A stretch of 63,993 nt of DNA, filler included, from Ionaspis alba (GCA_964255285.1; 6 parts of 6 records of this genome joined end to end with filler, not necessarily neighbours in it), one strand, 5' to 3'. Shown: positions 52,410 through 63,993, counted from the whole stretch's first letter. The notes: generated by a model not told the origin, from the sequence alone. Made by a program: numbers and translations.

Positions 52410-53487
52410 TTTTACTGCTCACTAAGAACCTACCGAACAACGAACAAATTACAGTCTGCCAGAATTTGAACAGGAAAACAGCAAAAGGCAGAACAGGGAC
52501 TTCTAGGGGAACAGCTATATAGGAGAGATTGCCGTGGACAGCTGATGAAGCATCGCAGACATGCCTCTATCCGCGAGCTAATATTGAGCTACTCACCGTG
52601 CGTCCAATTTTCGTAGATCTTTTTCAAAAATGGCATGCAAGTGCACCAATCTGGAACTCTCTCAGAGACTAGCAGCAATACCCACACGTGAGACTGCAGA
52701 CGCTCCGCTGGTCGCTGAGTCTGACTTTACGAGTGAGTAGGCTAGACCTAGAAAATTCCCTCGATCAAGCCCCAGTAAGTCTGCGACATGCAGCAGCCAC
52801 TGAGCAATTCCAGAGATCTACCAGACGATGAAAATGTGTGGAGCGTTCGATAATAAATGTCTGCGCCTAGCTGGATCTAAGATTTGTGAAAATAAGCAGG
52901 TCTTAACGACACATACAGCAAGTTTCGCTTCTAGTACCCTTGGCCTGCGCAGGGTCTATGTATGCAGAATGAAGTTTGATGCAGCTGATCGACGTTAACC
53001 AGTCTGATGTATCACAAAATTCTCCGGCTGAGAAAGGAGCAGGAACGCAGAGGATGCGCGTGAGGAGCCTGGCACTATCGCATCCTTGTACTTTACGCGT
53101 GCTTCCTGGATCCTGCGAGCGGTCCACAGCTACGGGTATGCACTCAAATGGATCTACAGGCCGCTGCAGTCTCCAGCTTGAAGGCTTGCAGTTTGATACG
53201 ACAAACAACTGTCTACCAACCACCACGCTTGTTCAATTTGACTGCATTTCCCGCACCTATTCTAGCAACCAATCGGCATACGTAATGACCCTTATCCTAT
53301 GTAAGCCTGCCGGAACCACGACAGCAGTGTCTCTATAACCCGCATCGCGGTATCGAAGCAATGTGACGAGAATCGAACAAGTGCACTCCCGTAACCAAGT
53401 CAACCCGGAAGCTGGCACCGATGGGTGCATGAGGTGCAAAAGCAAGTGTCAATGGCGTGCCACACGAGTAGGGATCCTGTAAAAGAT

Positions 53488-53587
53488 NNNNNNNNNNNNN
53501 NNNNNNNNNNNNNNNNNNNNNNNNNNNNNNNTTAATTAATTAANNNNNNNNNNNNNNNNNNNNNNNNNNNNNNNNNNNNNNNNNNNN
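53488..53587. other. Artificial scaffold linker
   Basis: N44-TTAATTAATTAA-N44. Confidence 0.97.
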
Positions 53588-53853
53588 GCCATACAAACCT
53601 CTTTGTATGATGGGCTCACCCGCCTGCTCTTATCAGAATGCAGCAGTATCAGCGTATTCGCTCAAAGGTATCTTCTATGTTTTACATCTGTAGTGATGAG
53701 ACTATCAAGGCGCGAAATAAAATGAGTCCCACACCGAAAGATAATAGCGAAACAAGCTTAGCCGCATAAACCATCACGCTCCCTCAATCTTGGCTGAGGG
53801 CGTCCCCGAAGCTCATCGTATTGGTGTGGGAAACTCTGGATTACCCGCCTCGT

Positions 53854-55176
53854 CTATCTACTTACAGTCTCCCTGCAGAATGGGTTCTGCCCTCCTGAGA
53901 CCAAAAATTGGCCAATGGCTTTGTTTTCACGTGAGGTGAGCGTCACTGTTTCACAAGAACGCGGATAGTTTACACGGCCGCCTTCAATATAAACCATTAC
54001 GCCTCTCGTGTCCTCCTCCGCGATGGCTGAAGTGACGTACGCTGATTTAAGGTTGGTACCAGCGCGAAGGTTATCGAAGAAGCTCTCCCACTTGCCCTTC
54101 ATGAGGTAGATCTCCATCATCTTGATAGATCGAAGAGTCCCAGAATGGCGGAGATAGAATGCTATGAAATCCTCCTCTGTGATCCACAAGCCGGCAACAG
54201 AGAACGATTTCAGATGAGGCCATGTATGATCTGCAACGATCCTAGGGAAAGCGCGGTATCCGCTGAACGTAAGTTCTAGATGCTCAAGCTGAATCGCGCT
54301 TCTGAGAAGACCGGAAAGCTTTCTTTCTCGATCTTCGATATGGTACATCTCGTGAAATGAGAGCGATAGCGATTTGAGCGTAGAGAAGCTCTGCAATGCA
54401 TCCTTTAGGCCTGACTCTTTCATGCTTGTAAGAAAGCTGTAACCCACTCGCAAGCGAGTACCGTCTCCATAGTACAAACCAGCAATCTCACGCTTCGTCT
54501 GTGCCAGAGCATAGAGAACATTCTCCAAAGGACGGTTCTCAAGTTCACCACCGTGAGAGGTATCCGGTTTCAGGAATTTTTTTGGCCAAGTGCGACCTAA
54601 TGCTCCTCGTGGAGCGGAAATTGTGGCGCCGAACTTAGGGTTCAGCGGATCGGTAGAAACAGGCTCTCTCCAACCCCAAGTGAACCTGACAACTTTTAAC
54701 TTGCATAGCCTTGGGAAACCATCGCACATTGCAACTCGGTCGATATAGTTCTCGCGATTGAAGTTTTCTTCAAGTGCGCGTTCCCGAAATGTAATAAAGC
54801 CTTTTGCCATGACATCCGGGTGGTTCCAGAGAGCAGGATGTATCTTCAAATTTTTGGCTTGATGTCGCAAGCGATTTTTATAGACATCAAGGTTGTTACA
54901 CCATTGGTCAAAAGAAGTCAAGTCGTAGTACAGAGTCCGCACGTGTCTGCTGTATTCTCGATGCGCGCAGATTTTGCGAAAGACTTCCAAATTTCTTCTG
55001 TGCGGAGAAATGACCACAGTATCGAAAAGATATGGTGTACATAGTTCTGACAAGCATTTATTCAGTAAACGAATGTGCTTGAGGTCAGGTTTGGGAACGT
55101 TGGCAAGAACGATGGACAGTATTTCGGGAGGAAGGTTGTTGATACCAATAGGAACATCCACAATGGTGATAGCCAT
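53854..55176 (-). CDS. F-box domain protein with LRR-like C-terminal region
   Basis: INNLPPEILSIVLANVPKPDLKHIRLLNKCLSELCTPYLF F-box; LKSLSL, LEHLELTF, WPHLKSFSV repeats. Confidence 0.8.
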   Translation of the reverse strand: MAITIVDVPIGINNLPPEILSIVLANVPKPDLKHIRLLNKCLSELCTPYLFDTVVISPHRRNLEVFRKICAHREYSRHVRTLYYDLTSFDQWCNNLDVYKNRLRHQAKNLKIHPALWNHPDVMAKGFITFRERALEENFNRENYIDRVAMCDGFPRLCKLKVVRFTWGWREPVSTDPLNPKFGATISAPRGALGRTWPKKFLKPDTSHGGELENRPLENVLYALAQTKREIAGLYYGDGTRLRVGYSFLTSMKESGLKDALQSFSTLKSLSLSFHEMYHIEDRERKLSGLLRSAIQLEHLELTFSGYRAFPRIVADHTWPHLKSFSVAGLWITEEDFIAFYLRHSGTLRSIKMMEIYLMKGKWESFFDNLRAGTNLKSAYVTSAIAEEDTRGVMVYIEGGRVNYPRSCETVTLTSRENKAIGQFLVSGGQNPFCRETVSR

Positions 55177-56768
55177 GCCAGATGAAAGCTGATAAACCAC
55201 AAGTTAGTACTTCAGCAGTCTATGAGAGAATGGTAAAGATTTGTCGCGCAAGAGGTGTACTGAAACGTATCTATGACTCGAAACCTGCCGGAAATATTAA
55301 CACGATGAATTGGGAAAACAAAGCATGTGTCAGGCAGTCAAAGAAGCTCGGCACATTCTTTGTGACTGGGCTCGCCAATACCAAATTTCAGGTCTGGGTT
55401 ATGGCGGCACCGATAGAAAAGGAAATACTCACCATATTTCAATATAAGAACTCTATACTAGATGAAGATTTGATATGCGCTAGCTCGGTTTCGCGGCAAG
55501 GTCTTCGATAGCTGAAGATACTCCATTCTCTGGGCCATCTTCACATCATGGTTGCGTTTCCAGAATCAGTGCTCCATCACAATAGTGAATTGTTATTAGG
55601 AATCTGTCAAAGAACCGTACCCTCCTTTTGTCATCCCCGTCGTGTTTATCATTTCTGTGTAGCACCGATGGAGCGCATCTGCATACTCGGATCCAGCTTT
55701 ATCAATCACGAGTCCAGATCACTCAAGAGCAGCAGCCAAGTCCGAGAGAAGAATGGGCTGACCTTCTTTGCTATGGGTGCATTCTTTGACTCGTTCACTA
55801 TCGGCGAATCATATCTCTGTCAGAAAGCCTCCACCATCGTCCTTCCTTGTTGCTTCTGACAGGACCCTGTAACACCTCCGCATTGGGCACAATGCTTAGA
55901 AACTTTGTTTTGGCACAGCTTGCGAGAATCATGCAACCTAGCAGAGATACATCATCAAAGATGGACACGCCCGTTCTTCATTATTGCAACCCGATTCATG
56001 GCGTCGATTGAGGCAATCGAGACCACACAACAGACAAGACGGCGGAACGTTGCGATACACAGGCGATCCCACCACAAAAATACCGAGTGAAGCAGAAAAG
56101 AACAATCCAGCTGCCCTAGAACATCTATGCAGCTGACTGTGCCATTCAGAGAAGTCAGAGCAGACTAGAGATCAGAGCATACTGCCAATCCAATCGCCTC
56201 ACAAATTTGAAATTGTGCGATTGATTGGTCAAGCAGATCCCATGAGACTCTGCTTTCAGTCAGACCGCCACTTGTGGTCACACGCATGGAGAATAAAGCA
56301 CTGAAGTTTGCATTGCAGCGAGGAGTCCACTTCAATAGAAGTCGTTAGTGTTCCACGTGATTTNNNNNNNNNNNNNNNNNNNNNNNNNNNNNNNNNNNNN
56401 NNNNNNNNNNNNNNNNNNNNNNNNNNNNNNNNNNNNNNNNNNNNNNNNNNNNNNNNNNNNNNNTAATTTGTAATCCTCCGTTGGTATTGACGATACTTGT
56501 GGATTCAAGATTTTTGGTGACTGGTCTGGTTTGATTAATTACGAATTGGAAGAAGCACTGAACAGAACAGCAACGACCCTCCTACTGGCACTCTTTGTTA
56601 ATGAAAGGATCAATCGAAGAGCTGCGTCTGGCATCTGTACGAGCACAATCTCCCAGAGCCAGAGTCGCCAGTTTTGAGCCAGGAGCCACCAGCTACTATG
56701 ACAGCGTAGCACAATTTCTTGATCCAGCAGTGCCATCCCACATTTCGAGATTTCAGCACCCTTCACAT

Positions 56769-57326
56769 TCACGTCTCCTTCCTCTCCCTCTCTTCCCTCC
56801 CAGCACCCTCCTGTCCGGGTACATCATCCATCCCCGCACCCTCTCCAGCAAACCGCTCCAAGTCACTCTCCTTTTGTACAGTATGTTTATCGTATCTCTG
56901 ATGGCCCTTGCTCAGTGCGTCTCCACTGAAGTGATTCCTCTTAGTTTCCGACTCTGCAGGCATCGTGTCTCCGGTGCCAGTCAGGACCTCCCCTGTCTGG
57001 CCGATGTCTTTGTTGCTCTAAGGTAATACGTCAGCCTCGAGACTTTCACCTTCCTAGATGTGGTAGAAATAATTGACTCAGAAAGAGGGCGAGAGGATTT
57101 GTGGTGGGACAAGGTGACGAACTCTGGGGATGTCCGTCGCGTTATCTGCCGCACTTTCCAATCCTGCTCCTCCCATATCATTGGGGTCGGTGGAGGGGTC
57201 GGTGATCTGATCTGGACGAGGAACGGAGGGAATTAGATTTTGTTTGCCGGCGTCGCCAGGAATTGTGGTGCCGTCTTTGGCCATGTCGAAAAGGTCACCG
57301 CCTTGCTTTGGGTCTGAGGATGCCAT
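56769..57326 (-). CDS. Small hydrophilic hypothetical protein (about 150 aa), 1 intron
   Basis: MASSDPKQGGDLFDMAKDGT...AADNATDIPR|SNKDIGQTGEVLTGTGDTMPAE...; GTTCGT donor with CTGAC branch and TAG acceptor joins the two ORFs in frame. Confidence 0.7.
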
Positions 57327-58059
57327 TATGGTCAAATGAGTGGTCGAATCAATCGTCTTAGAAGCTTAGTATTTGAGGAGGCTTATATGTGTATTTGTTC
57401 TTGAAAGTCGAGTTAATTGTGTCTTTTAGTCCAAATGCATTGTGCTGGAGCATTATCCAAACAGTGTCGTCATGCTGAGGTTTTACGATGTCATAATGCA
57501 TTGGCACCGTAAGCGAGACTCTACTCAGGGCTGACTATCTAACCAGTCTTTGTACTGTCTCCTAATCCTGGTATGTAAACAACACTTGAGATTGTGGTGG
57601 GTTTCGTAATCCCCCATAGCATTATCACGTAGTATTGGCATTCCACTTTTCCCTTGCGGAGAGCAGTAATGACCTCTTCGTGACCTCTAGAATCCCAGGT
57701 CAAGCAGTAAGATGCGAAGCGGAGTGATATATTCAATCTAGCCTAGACCAGCAGTAAGGCTTCTACCGACATCTACACAACCATCCGATAACAACCCATA
57801 TGGTGCAGACCTTCCCCAGAATACAGACAGATAAGAATCCTTTCCACGAGGAAAAGTAGATAAATCGAACAGAAAAGGGGGTATATCTCCGACCAAAAAT
57901 CTCTTCTCAACCTCTGCACANNNNNNNNNNNNNNNNNNNNNNNNNNNNNNNNNNNNNNNNNNNNNNNNNNNNNNNNNNNNNNNNNNNNNNNNNNNNNNNN
58001 NNNNNNNNNNNNNNNNNNNNACAAAGAAAACTCCTTATTGGAATTATGTATGGCACCTC

Positions 58060-61000
58060 TCACGCCTCAATCCTCGGCCCAAACAACCCCTCCTCCTCCC
58101 TCACACCCCCAACAGTCCCACCAACATTACTCCCCTCATCGTCCTCTACATACCTCTCCAAACTATAATGACCACTCTGCGCATCCATATCATACGATGC
58201 CTTCCTCAGCAGTGTCGGCGTTACCGGCGGCGGCAATTGACTCGCTTCACCCTCACCATCTGCAGTGACCTGAACCTTTTTCGGCGTCGAGTAGCTCTGT
58301 AGTGGGCGATGTCCCGACGAGGTTCTGGAAAGCGCGGACGGCTGTGGCTGTGGCTGTGGTGTTGATCTCAACGTGGTGCTCGGCGGCGTTAATAGGCCAG
58401 AGAGGAAACTTTGCGGCGAAGATTTCGAGGGCGTTTGACTGGCGCTGCCGTTTGCAATCTCGGAAAGACTGCCAAAGGGTGTTTGGACTTTGCGCCAATT
58501 ACCCCATGCAGCGGCTGCAGCCAGAGGAAGGGCACGAGGCGAAGTGGCGAGGTTTGAGATGCTGGAGAGCGATGGGAATGTTTGTCCGCCAGCCATGGCG
58601 CGTTCCTTCTCCTGTTGTTCCATCTGCAGATTCGCTTTGAGTCTGATTGCAGCGTCGCGGACGGCGTCGCGGTCGTAAGTTGGAAGGGAGAGGGTGGTGA
58701 TTATATCTTGTAGGTCGTCGTTGCGGACGCCGAGGAGTTCGCGTAGCCAGGAGATTTCGAGGTCGCGATCTTTGATTTTCGTGGGAGCATCTTTATCGAC
58801 TTTACCTAGCTCCTGCTGGAGCTTCTCGATTTGGCTTTCGCGCTCGTGAAGTTGTTCTTGCAGGACGAGGATGGATTCGCGCAGGGCTTGTGGAGAAATT
58901 TTGCCTGGTACATCGGAGCCTTTGGCGATAGACAGAGGGAGGGAATTTACTGCTGGAACTGGTGAGGCTTTCGCAATTTGAGCGGCCTGAATGGCGGCTT
59001 GAGCGGCTGATTTGGCAATCTCAAGCTTTTCTTCGAGATGGGTGATACGATCCTGGTAGTGTAGCATTTTCTCGTCTGTCAATGCTAGTCGGTCTTTGAG
59101 GTGAGCCTCAGTGGATCGTTTGTCTTCCAAGGCCATGTCTAAGGCACGCTGCTTTTCTTCTATGGCAGCGCCGAGCGATTTCTCATGCAAAGCCTTCATC
59201 TCATTCAGCGTCCGCTCATGGAAACGGTAGTGCTCTTGCAAAGCCGCATCTCTTGACTCCGCAGCCTCACGAAGTGCATTGTCCTTCGATTCCGAAGCTT
59301 CTTCTAGCATGAGCTCATGCCTTGATTTGGCAGTGACAATGTCACGTCTAGCATCTTCAAGCTGAGACTCGAGCCTAGCAATCACACCTTCCAGATCCAT
59401 GCGCACGTTCTTGACTTGCTGATTAGTGCTCTCTACGTTTACCTCTACAGCTTTCTGTAGACGCTCCAAATCCAAGCGTGTGGTTTCTCTGGAGTCGTGA
59501 AGCTCACGATGATATTGAGCAGCCTTGTCTTGGTGCTCCTGACTTTCTGACTTCAAATGATTGACCATGTCTACCAGACGAGCATTCTCTCCTTGAATGT
59601 GTTCGACCAAGAACCTCGACTTCATCGCCTCCTTCTCCTGTGCTTCAAGCCGTTCTATTTCGAGCTCGAGCCTTTCGCGGGTGCGAGCTTCGGCCTCAAG
59701 TCTTGCAGCTTGCAACTCGTACCTGGCCTTTTGTTCTTCATCTTTCTGCCGCCATAGGGACTGGTCGCGAGCAATATTGCGTGCCGCTATCGTCATATCC
59801 TCTTGAAGGCGATCGATCTTAGTCCTGAGTGCTTGGCGTCCTCTGATACCATCTTCGAGCTCGGTCTTGAGTGCATGAATCGTTCGATCAAGGTTCTTGT
59901 TCTCAGTCTTTGCTTCGTCAATCTCTTCCCGCCACTCAGCGCTCGAAAGTCTATACTCCTCCAATGTGTCTTCCATGGCTGAATTTTTAGCATTGAGCTC
60001 TGATAACGTTCTCTCGAGATCCTCTTGCGCAGCCTCAGCGACAGCACTACGTTTCAAGACTTGCTGCCTCTCGTCGTGGAAAGCACGCAGACTCCGTTCG
60101 GTCTCCTCTGCAGACTCGCGCTGCGTCGCAGCTTCTGACTGTGCAAGCTTCAGAAGACGTCGTTGCTCTGCTACCTCATCCTCCAATAATCTGCGAGCTC
60201 TATACTCGTCATCGGCTCTGGCTTCTGAGATTTTGAGCATACTTTCAAGACCATCGATACGGAGCTGGTGCTTCTCAGCTGATGCCGATTCGTGACTCGA
60301 GGTGATCGGGGCTGATTTGCCACGCATTTGGCGATTAATAGTCTCCTCCACGACCGCTCTTATGTCGTTGAGAGCTCCAGACTTTTGCTGTTGCACGGAG
60401 GATTTGAGCTCTTCTAGAGTCTGCGTGATGGCACTTAAATCCGTAGGCGGAGCGCTTGATTGCTGAGCTGCAACAGTTTCGAGCAATGAAGCCTTTAGCT
60501 TCTCGTACTTCCGTTCCTTGAGAGGAGATCTGGCGCGTGCCTGCGACACTCTCCCATCAATATCGTCTTCATCATCTGCATCACTGTTCTCGATCTCAGC
60601 AGACAAACCTCCAGCGCGTCCGCTACTCGTAGGTCGGCTTGACATCCGAGCCAAAGTTTCACTCATTGTGACAAGATTCCGCTCGAGAGGACGCAATTGT
60701 TCTTGGACAACATTCCCAATCAGATCGTTCACTCTTTGGTCGAAGAATCCAGTCTTCATCCTGAGTTCCACGTTGTCTACGGAGGAGACGACATCATCCC
60801 AGTCACTGATAGGGATATCACCAGGATCATTAAGGCGGTGAATTGGAATGTCGCTATCATCTTCAGAATGCCTCGGTGGTTTATATGATGGACTAAAGCG
60901 GGCATTGCGGGCAACCAATTCGGCGGCAGCACTGTCCGAGGACCCATAGCTTCTTTCGGGGAGATACTGAAATGGCTGTTGAAGTCTATTTGGACTCGAC

Positions 61001-63846
61001 GAAGGGATTCTCTGCCGGTTGATTGCGCGCAGATGAATTTCCGATCCCGAAGAAGCCAGGTGGTTTGGTGAAAGAGTTCGAGGAAGTCTTCTTGGTGAGC
61101 TCATCGCTGGGCTTCTGTGAAGTCCGCTGGGCTCGCTGGGCACATCGGACTCTTCTCCGTTGAGGTGTTTCATCACTGCATCGATTTCCTGGAAGGAAGG
61201 CTCGACGTGTGTGATGCCCTCACTAAGACGGCTTTCATTCGACAACGGTCGTTCTGTAGAAGATGGTCTTCTGAGCCCATTTTCGTCACTAGCATTAGAC
61301 AATGGCAGCGAATCGTTTGAAGCATTCCGGAGGTAGTGCAGAGAAGCACTGACATTAGCAGGTACTGACTCTTCTGCTGAACCAGGTAGTTGTCGCTCGT
61401 CACCAGATGAAAAGGTTCCGACATCCGCATTGTATTCCAATGGCCCAACAGTTGCCAACAATTCTGGTTTGTCAGCTTGGCTAGAAGTATCCGACAACTC
61501 GTCTTGGTCCTTTGCGGAGACGATTTCGGTTTGGAAGTCTTTCTCTTCTACGTCGACGTTGTTCCTAGACTGTTCGGACTTGTCTGATGTGACAGACATC
61601 GGACGAGCAGCGTTGAAAGCGGCTATTGCATCAGAGTCTTCCAGCTCGAAAGGCTTCCAGTGCTTGTGGGATTTGGTCCCTTCACCACTCGACTGGGCAG
61701 AGTTCAGAATCTCTGACGCTTTGGAGTCGTCGACAATATCCTCAGGCTGTTCTGACGCCTTTTCCACAGAAGGATCATCGTCCTCCACCTTCGAGATCAA
61801 TTGAGGTAGACACTCGTCCACGACCTCTGGCTGCAATGGTACTTCTTGGCTTGGAGTTGCAAACAGAGGAACTTGATCACCACCAGAGTCCGTTCTCCTC
61901 AATCTCTTCTGACGGCCCTCAGCCTGAGTGATTCGCCCGTCCCAGTCTTCTTGAAATTCATCATCCGGGCTATCCTTTTCTATGCTTTCGTCAGGCTTGA
62001 CGATCGGGATTGCCTTCGATTTCTTGGCAGGCTTGAGCATTTCCGAGAAGTCCATATTGCCGAAGATCTTGGACTGGGGCTTTTCTGATCCAGAAACATC
62101 GCTACCGGAACTAGCGTTGAACCCGAAACCTCTGGGCTTGAAGTCAGGTGCATCTGGTTTCAAAGCTGGCACGGAAGAGGAGAAGCTGAATTCCCTGGAA
62201 GGTATCGGAAGCCTTTGAATGTTACTTGGTGTGAATGCTGGGGCAGCAACATTCAAAGTGCTAGTGAATGTAGAGCCGTTCGAGGAATGGTTCGGGTCCA
62301 TTTCCCGGGTTCGACGGGCTGGTGCCTGCGAAGTGGCCAACACATTTGTATTGCCAGAGAAGGGAAACATGCTTGGCGCGAATGACTTTGTAGGATCGAA
62401 TACAAACTCCTGAGCATTGACGTTCAGCTTCGAGACCGATGCTTTGGAGCTGTGTCTCGATGTTCTTCGTTCATTTTCGGACCCTGCTGCACTAGGATTT
62501 GTATCGAGGTCGGACGTGTATCCCCGCGGGCGACCATTGACGGGCGGACTACCGTGAAAATCAGATGGTTTACTGTTCTCTTTATCTTCATCATCCAATT
62601 GCCGTCGTAGCGATTCCTCCAGATGATATTCCGCATCATCGATCTCCTTCTGCAAGGTCTCGCTAAGATTATGGCGATGACCCTGAGGCAATGGACTTGC
62701 AATTTCAGGCTGACTGCTGTACCTGACTGGCTGCAACTCAGCTCCGTTAAGATGGATAGCGCTGGGTTGATGTATCTGCTGGTGAGAAGGCTGTGGAAAC
62801 GAAGTATGCTGCTGTTGACGCAGGTGCTGCGGTAAAGAGTTGATCTGTCCAGGAAACCCTTGAAATGTAGATTCTGGCATTGGGGAGACAGGAGACATTG
62901 TGCCATGCAAACTTGGCCGTCGCCCACCGATGAGTGGAGATACGCCTCTTGACCCCGGTAGAGAGCCAAAGGGTAGCTGTTGCGAGAACGGTCCTGATAC
63001 AGGTGGAGTATGTTGCTGCCGTCCGTACGGTGGCCCAGGATATTCTCCGTGAAATGAAATAGATTGCTTGGCCGCATGAGACATGCCAGGTCGTCCAGAG
63101 TGGTGATGAGAAGCAGGAGATATCATCGAGGTCGAACGGGCAAGCGGATTACTAGAAGCAGATAGTGGTGGTGAAAACGCATGGTCCATTTGACCACGCA
63201 GACCTGTCGCCGATGCGGGTAGAGAAGGTGGCAACATTGAGCTCTGGGATGAAGCTTGCCTACTTATCGAGGACGAAACAGGAGTCTTCCTCCTAGGTAG
63301 GTCGTTGTCACCAAAGCTCACTCCGAGAGCCCTCAACTTTTCCTCCTTTAATTCAGCCACGTAGTCGTCCCATGCCTTTCTGTCCGGAATATTCACACGG
63401 AACTGCCGCTCCTGCCATTCCTTCTGCCACTCTGAGGTGTCCGGGTAAATACCCCTACTTTGACCATCAGGTACCTTACTGTCTTGACTACTTTCTGCGA
63501 GATCGAAGCCTTTTGTGTTGAAACCCTTCGCTTGCCATTCGGCAAGACGTGCACTAACAGCCTGGGGCTTCAGATAATCCGTGGAACCATTTGGTTGATC
63601 ATTCCCGTCATCTAGGGGGAGGGCGACAACACAAATCTTGCCTCTCCACAAGATACGCTTCTTTGGCCTCTGGAATGATGTCATTGACGAGAAAGATGGC
63701 CTTTTCTCAGTCTTTGGCGACTCTGCGACGTTCGAGTTGGCGATCATCGTAGAAGCTTCCGAGGTGGTCCGGGCAAATGGAGCTGGAGGCAACGGCTTAT
63801 CGACTGCGATGTGTGCATCGTCATCCGCAGCCATACCTGGGGCCAT
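58060..63846 (-). CDS. Large coiled-coil protein (usually mis-annotated as 'myosin class II heavy chain') with PAM2-like motifs; no motor domain
   Basis: Uninterrupted ORF of about 1,930 aa; disordered S/P/Q-rich N-half, long heptad region in the C-half; no GESGAGKT P-loop. Confidence 0.8.
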   Translation of the reverse strand: MAPGMAADDDAHIAVDKPLPPAPFARTTSEASTMIANSNVAESPKTEKRPSFSSMTSFQRPKKRILWRGKICVVALPLDDGNDQPNGSTDYLKPQAVSARLAEWQAKGFNTKGFDLAESSQDSKVPDGQSRGIYPDTSEWQKEWQERQFRVNIPDRKAWDDYVAELKEEKLRALGVSFGDNDLPRRKTPVSSSISRQASSQSSMLPPSLPASATGLRGQMDHAFSPPLSASSNPLARSTSMISPASHHHSGRPGMSHAAKQSISFHGEYPGPPYGRQQHTPPVSGPFSQQLPFGSLPGSRGVSPLIGGRRPSLHGTMSPVSPMPESTFQGFPGQINSLPQHLRQQQHTSFPQPSHQQIHQPSAIHLNGAELQPVRYSSQPEIASPLPQGHRHNLSETLQKEIDDAEYHLEESLRRQLDDEDKENSKPSDFHGSPPVNGRPRGYTSDLDTNPSAAGSENERRTSRHSSKASVSKLNVNAQEFVFDPTKSFAPSMFPFSGNTNVLATSQAPARRTREMDPNHSSNGSTFTSTLNVAAPAFTPSNIQRLPIPSREFSFSSSVPALKPDAPDFKPRGFGFNASSGSDVSGSEKPQSKIFGNMDFSEMLKPAKKSKAIPIVKPDESIEKDSPDDEFQEDWDGRITQAEGRQKRLRRTDSGGDQVPLFATPSQEVPLQPEVVDECLPQLISKVEDDDPSVEKASEQPEDIVDDSKASEILNSAQSSGEGTKSHKHWKPFELEDSDAIAAFNAARPMSVTSDKSEQSRNNVDVEEKDFQTEIVSAKDQDELSDTSSQADKPELLATVGPLEYNADVGTFSSGDERQLPGSAEESVPANVSASLHYLRNASNDSLPLSNASDENGLRRPSSTERPLSNESRLSEGITHVEPSFQEIDAVMKHLNGEESDVPSEPSGLHRSPAMSSPRRLPRTLSPNHLASSGSEIHLRAINRQRIPSSSPNRLQQPFQYLPERSYGSSDSAAAELVARNARFSPSYKPPRHSEDDSDIPIHRLNDPGDIPISDWDDVVSSVDNVELRMKTGFFDQRVNDLIGNVVQEQLRPLERNLVTMSETLARMSSRPTSSGRAGGLSAEIENSDADDEDDIDGRVSQARARSPLKERKYEKLKASLLETVAAQQSSAPPTDLSAITQTLEELKSSVQQQKSGALNDIRAVVEETINRQMRGKSAPITSSHESASAEKHQLRIDGLESMLKISEARADDEYRARRLLEDEVAEQRRLLKLAQSEAATQRESAEETERSLRAFHDERQQVLKRSAVAEAAQEDLERTLSELNAKNSAMEDTLEEYRLSSAEWREEIDEAKTENKNLDRTIHALKTELEDGIRGRQALRTKIDRLQEDMTIAARNIARDQSLWRQKDEEQKARYELQAARLEAEARTRERLELEIERLEAQEKEAMKSRFLVEHIQGENARLVDMVNHLKSESQEHQDKAAQYHRELHDSRETTRLDLERLQKAVEVNVESTNQQVKNVRMDLEGVIARLESQLEDARRDIVTAKSRHELMLEEASESKDNALREAAESRDAALQEHYRFHERTLNEMKALHEKSLGAAIEEKQRALDMALEDKRSTEAHLKDRLALTDEKMLHYQDRITHLEEKLEIAKSAAQAAIQAAQIAKASPVPAVNSLPLSIAKGSDVPGKISPQALRESILVLQEQLHERESQIEKLQQELGKVDKDAPTKIKDRDLEISWLRELLGVRNDDLQDIITTLSLPTYDRDAVRDAAIRLKANLQMEQQEKERAMAGGQTFPSLSSISNLATSPRALPLAAAAAWGNWRKVQTPFGSLSEIANGSASQTPSKSSPQSFLSGLLTPPSTTLRSTPQPQPQPSALSRTSSGHRPLQSYSTPKKVQVTADGEGEASQLPPPVTPTLLRKASYDMDAQSGHYSLERYVEDDEGSNVGGTVGGVREEEGLFGPRIEA

Positions 63847-63993
63847 CGTAACGCCTCTAAACGTTGCCTGAGTCAACGCAGGTTGCAGCGTACACCGTTC
63901 ACGACTGGAACGATAGATATTTTCAAAGTCTTGCTGCCTTATTGTAGTGTCGCTCGGCCGCAACTTGTGATTCGGACTTGTCCTGCAATCGCG

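Noticed and set aside
58060..63963. Myosin heavy chain call and the extended non-ATG ORF start at 63963
   Set aside because: No motor-domain motifs; the first in-frame ATG is at 63846
1..63993. A chromatin/telomere gene cluster (RTT109, OB protein, chromo-Hda, MLP1, SPC19)
   Set aside because: The genes lie mostly on different, artificially joined scaffolds

Overview
Fungal (Pezizomycotina-type ascomycete) nuclear DNA from a fragmented draft assembly. The window is six separate ~10.6 kb scaffolds in descending size order, joined by artificial N44-TTAATTAATTAA-N44 linkers, so gene order across linkers means nothing. About 22 protein genes, mostly spliced housekeeping genes, can be read: APM1, MRPL15, RTT109, a stand-alone MetE-core enzyme, LCL2, an alcohol oxidase, a POT1/Cdc13-OB protein, an FMO, a chromodomain-Hda2/3 protein, COQ3, TFA2, MLP1/Tpr, a Mad1-like CFEM adhesin, an Ifh1/Crf1-like protein, PRS1, RAV2, SPC19, ATP18, an otubain, an F-box protein, a small hydrophilic protein and a 1.9k-aa coiled-coil protein with PAM2-like motifs. 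I found no convincing mobile element, CRISPR array, rRNA or tRNA, and no clear novel multi-gene system. The best leads are the PAM2-motif coiled-coil protein, the split-OB telomere-like protein, the bacterial-type MetE core near an alcohol oxidase, and recurring C-to-G skew switches near gene 3' ends. All calls come from recalled motifs and manual splicing, with no database search.
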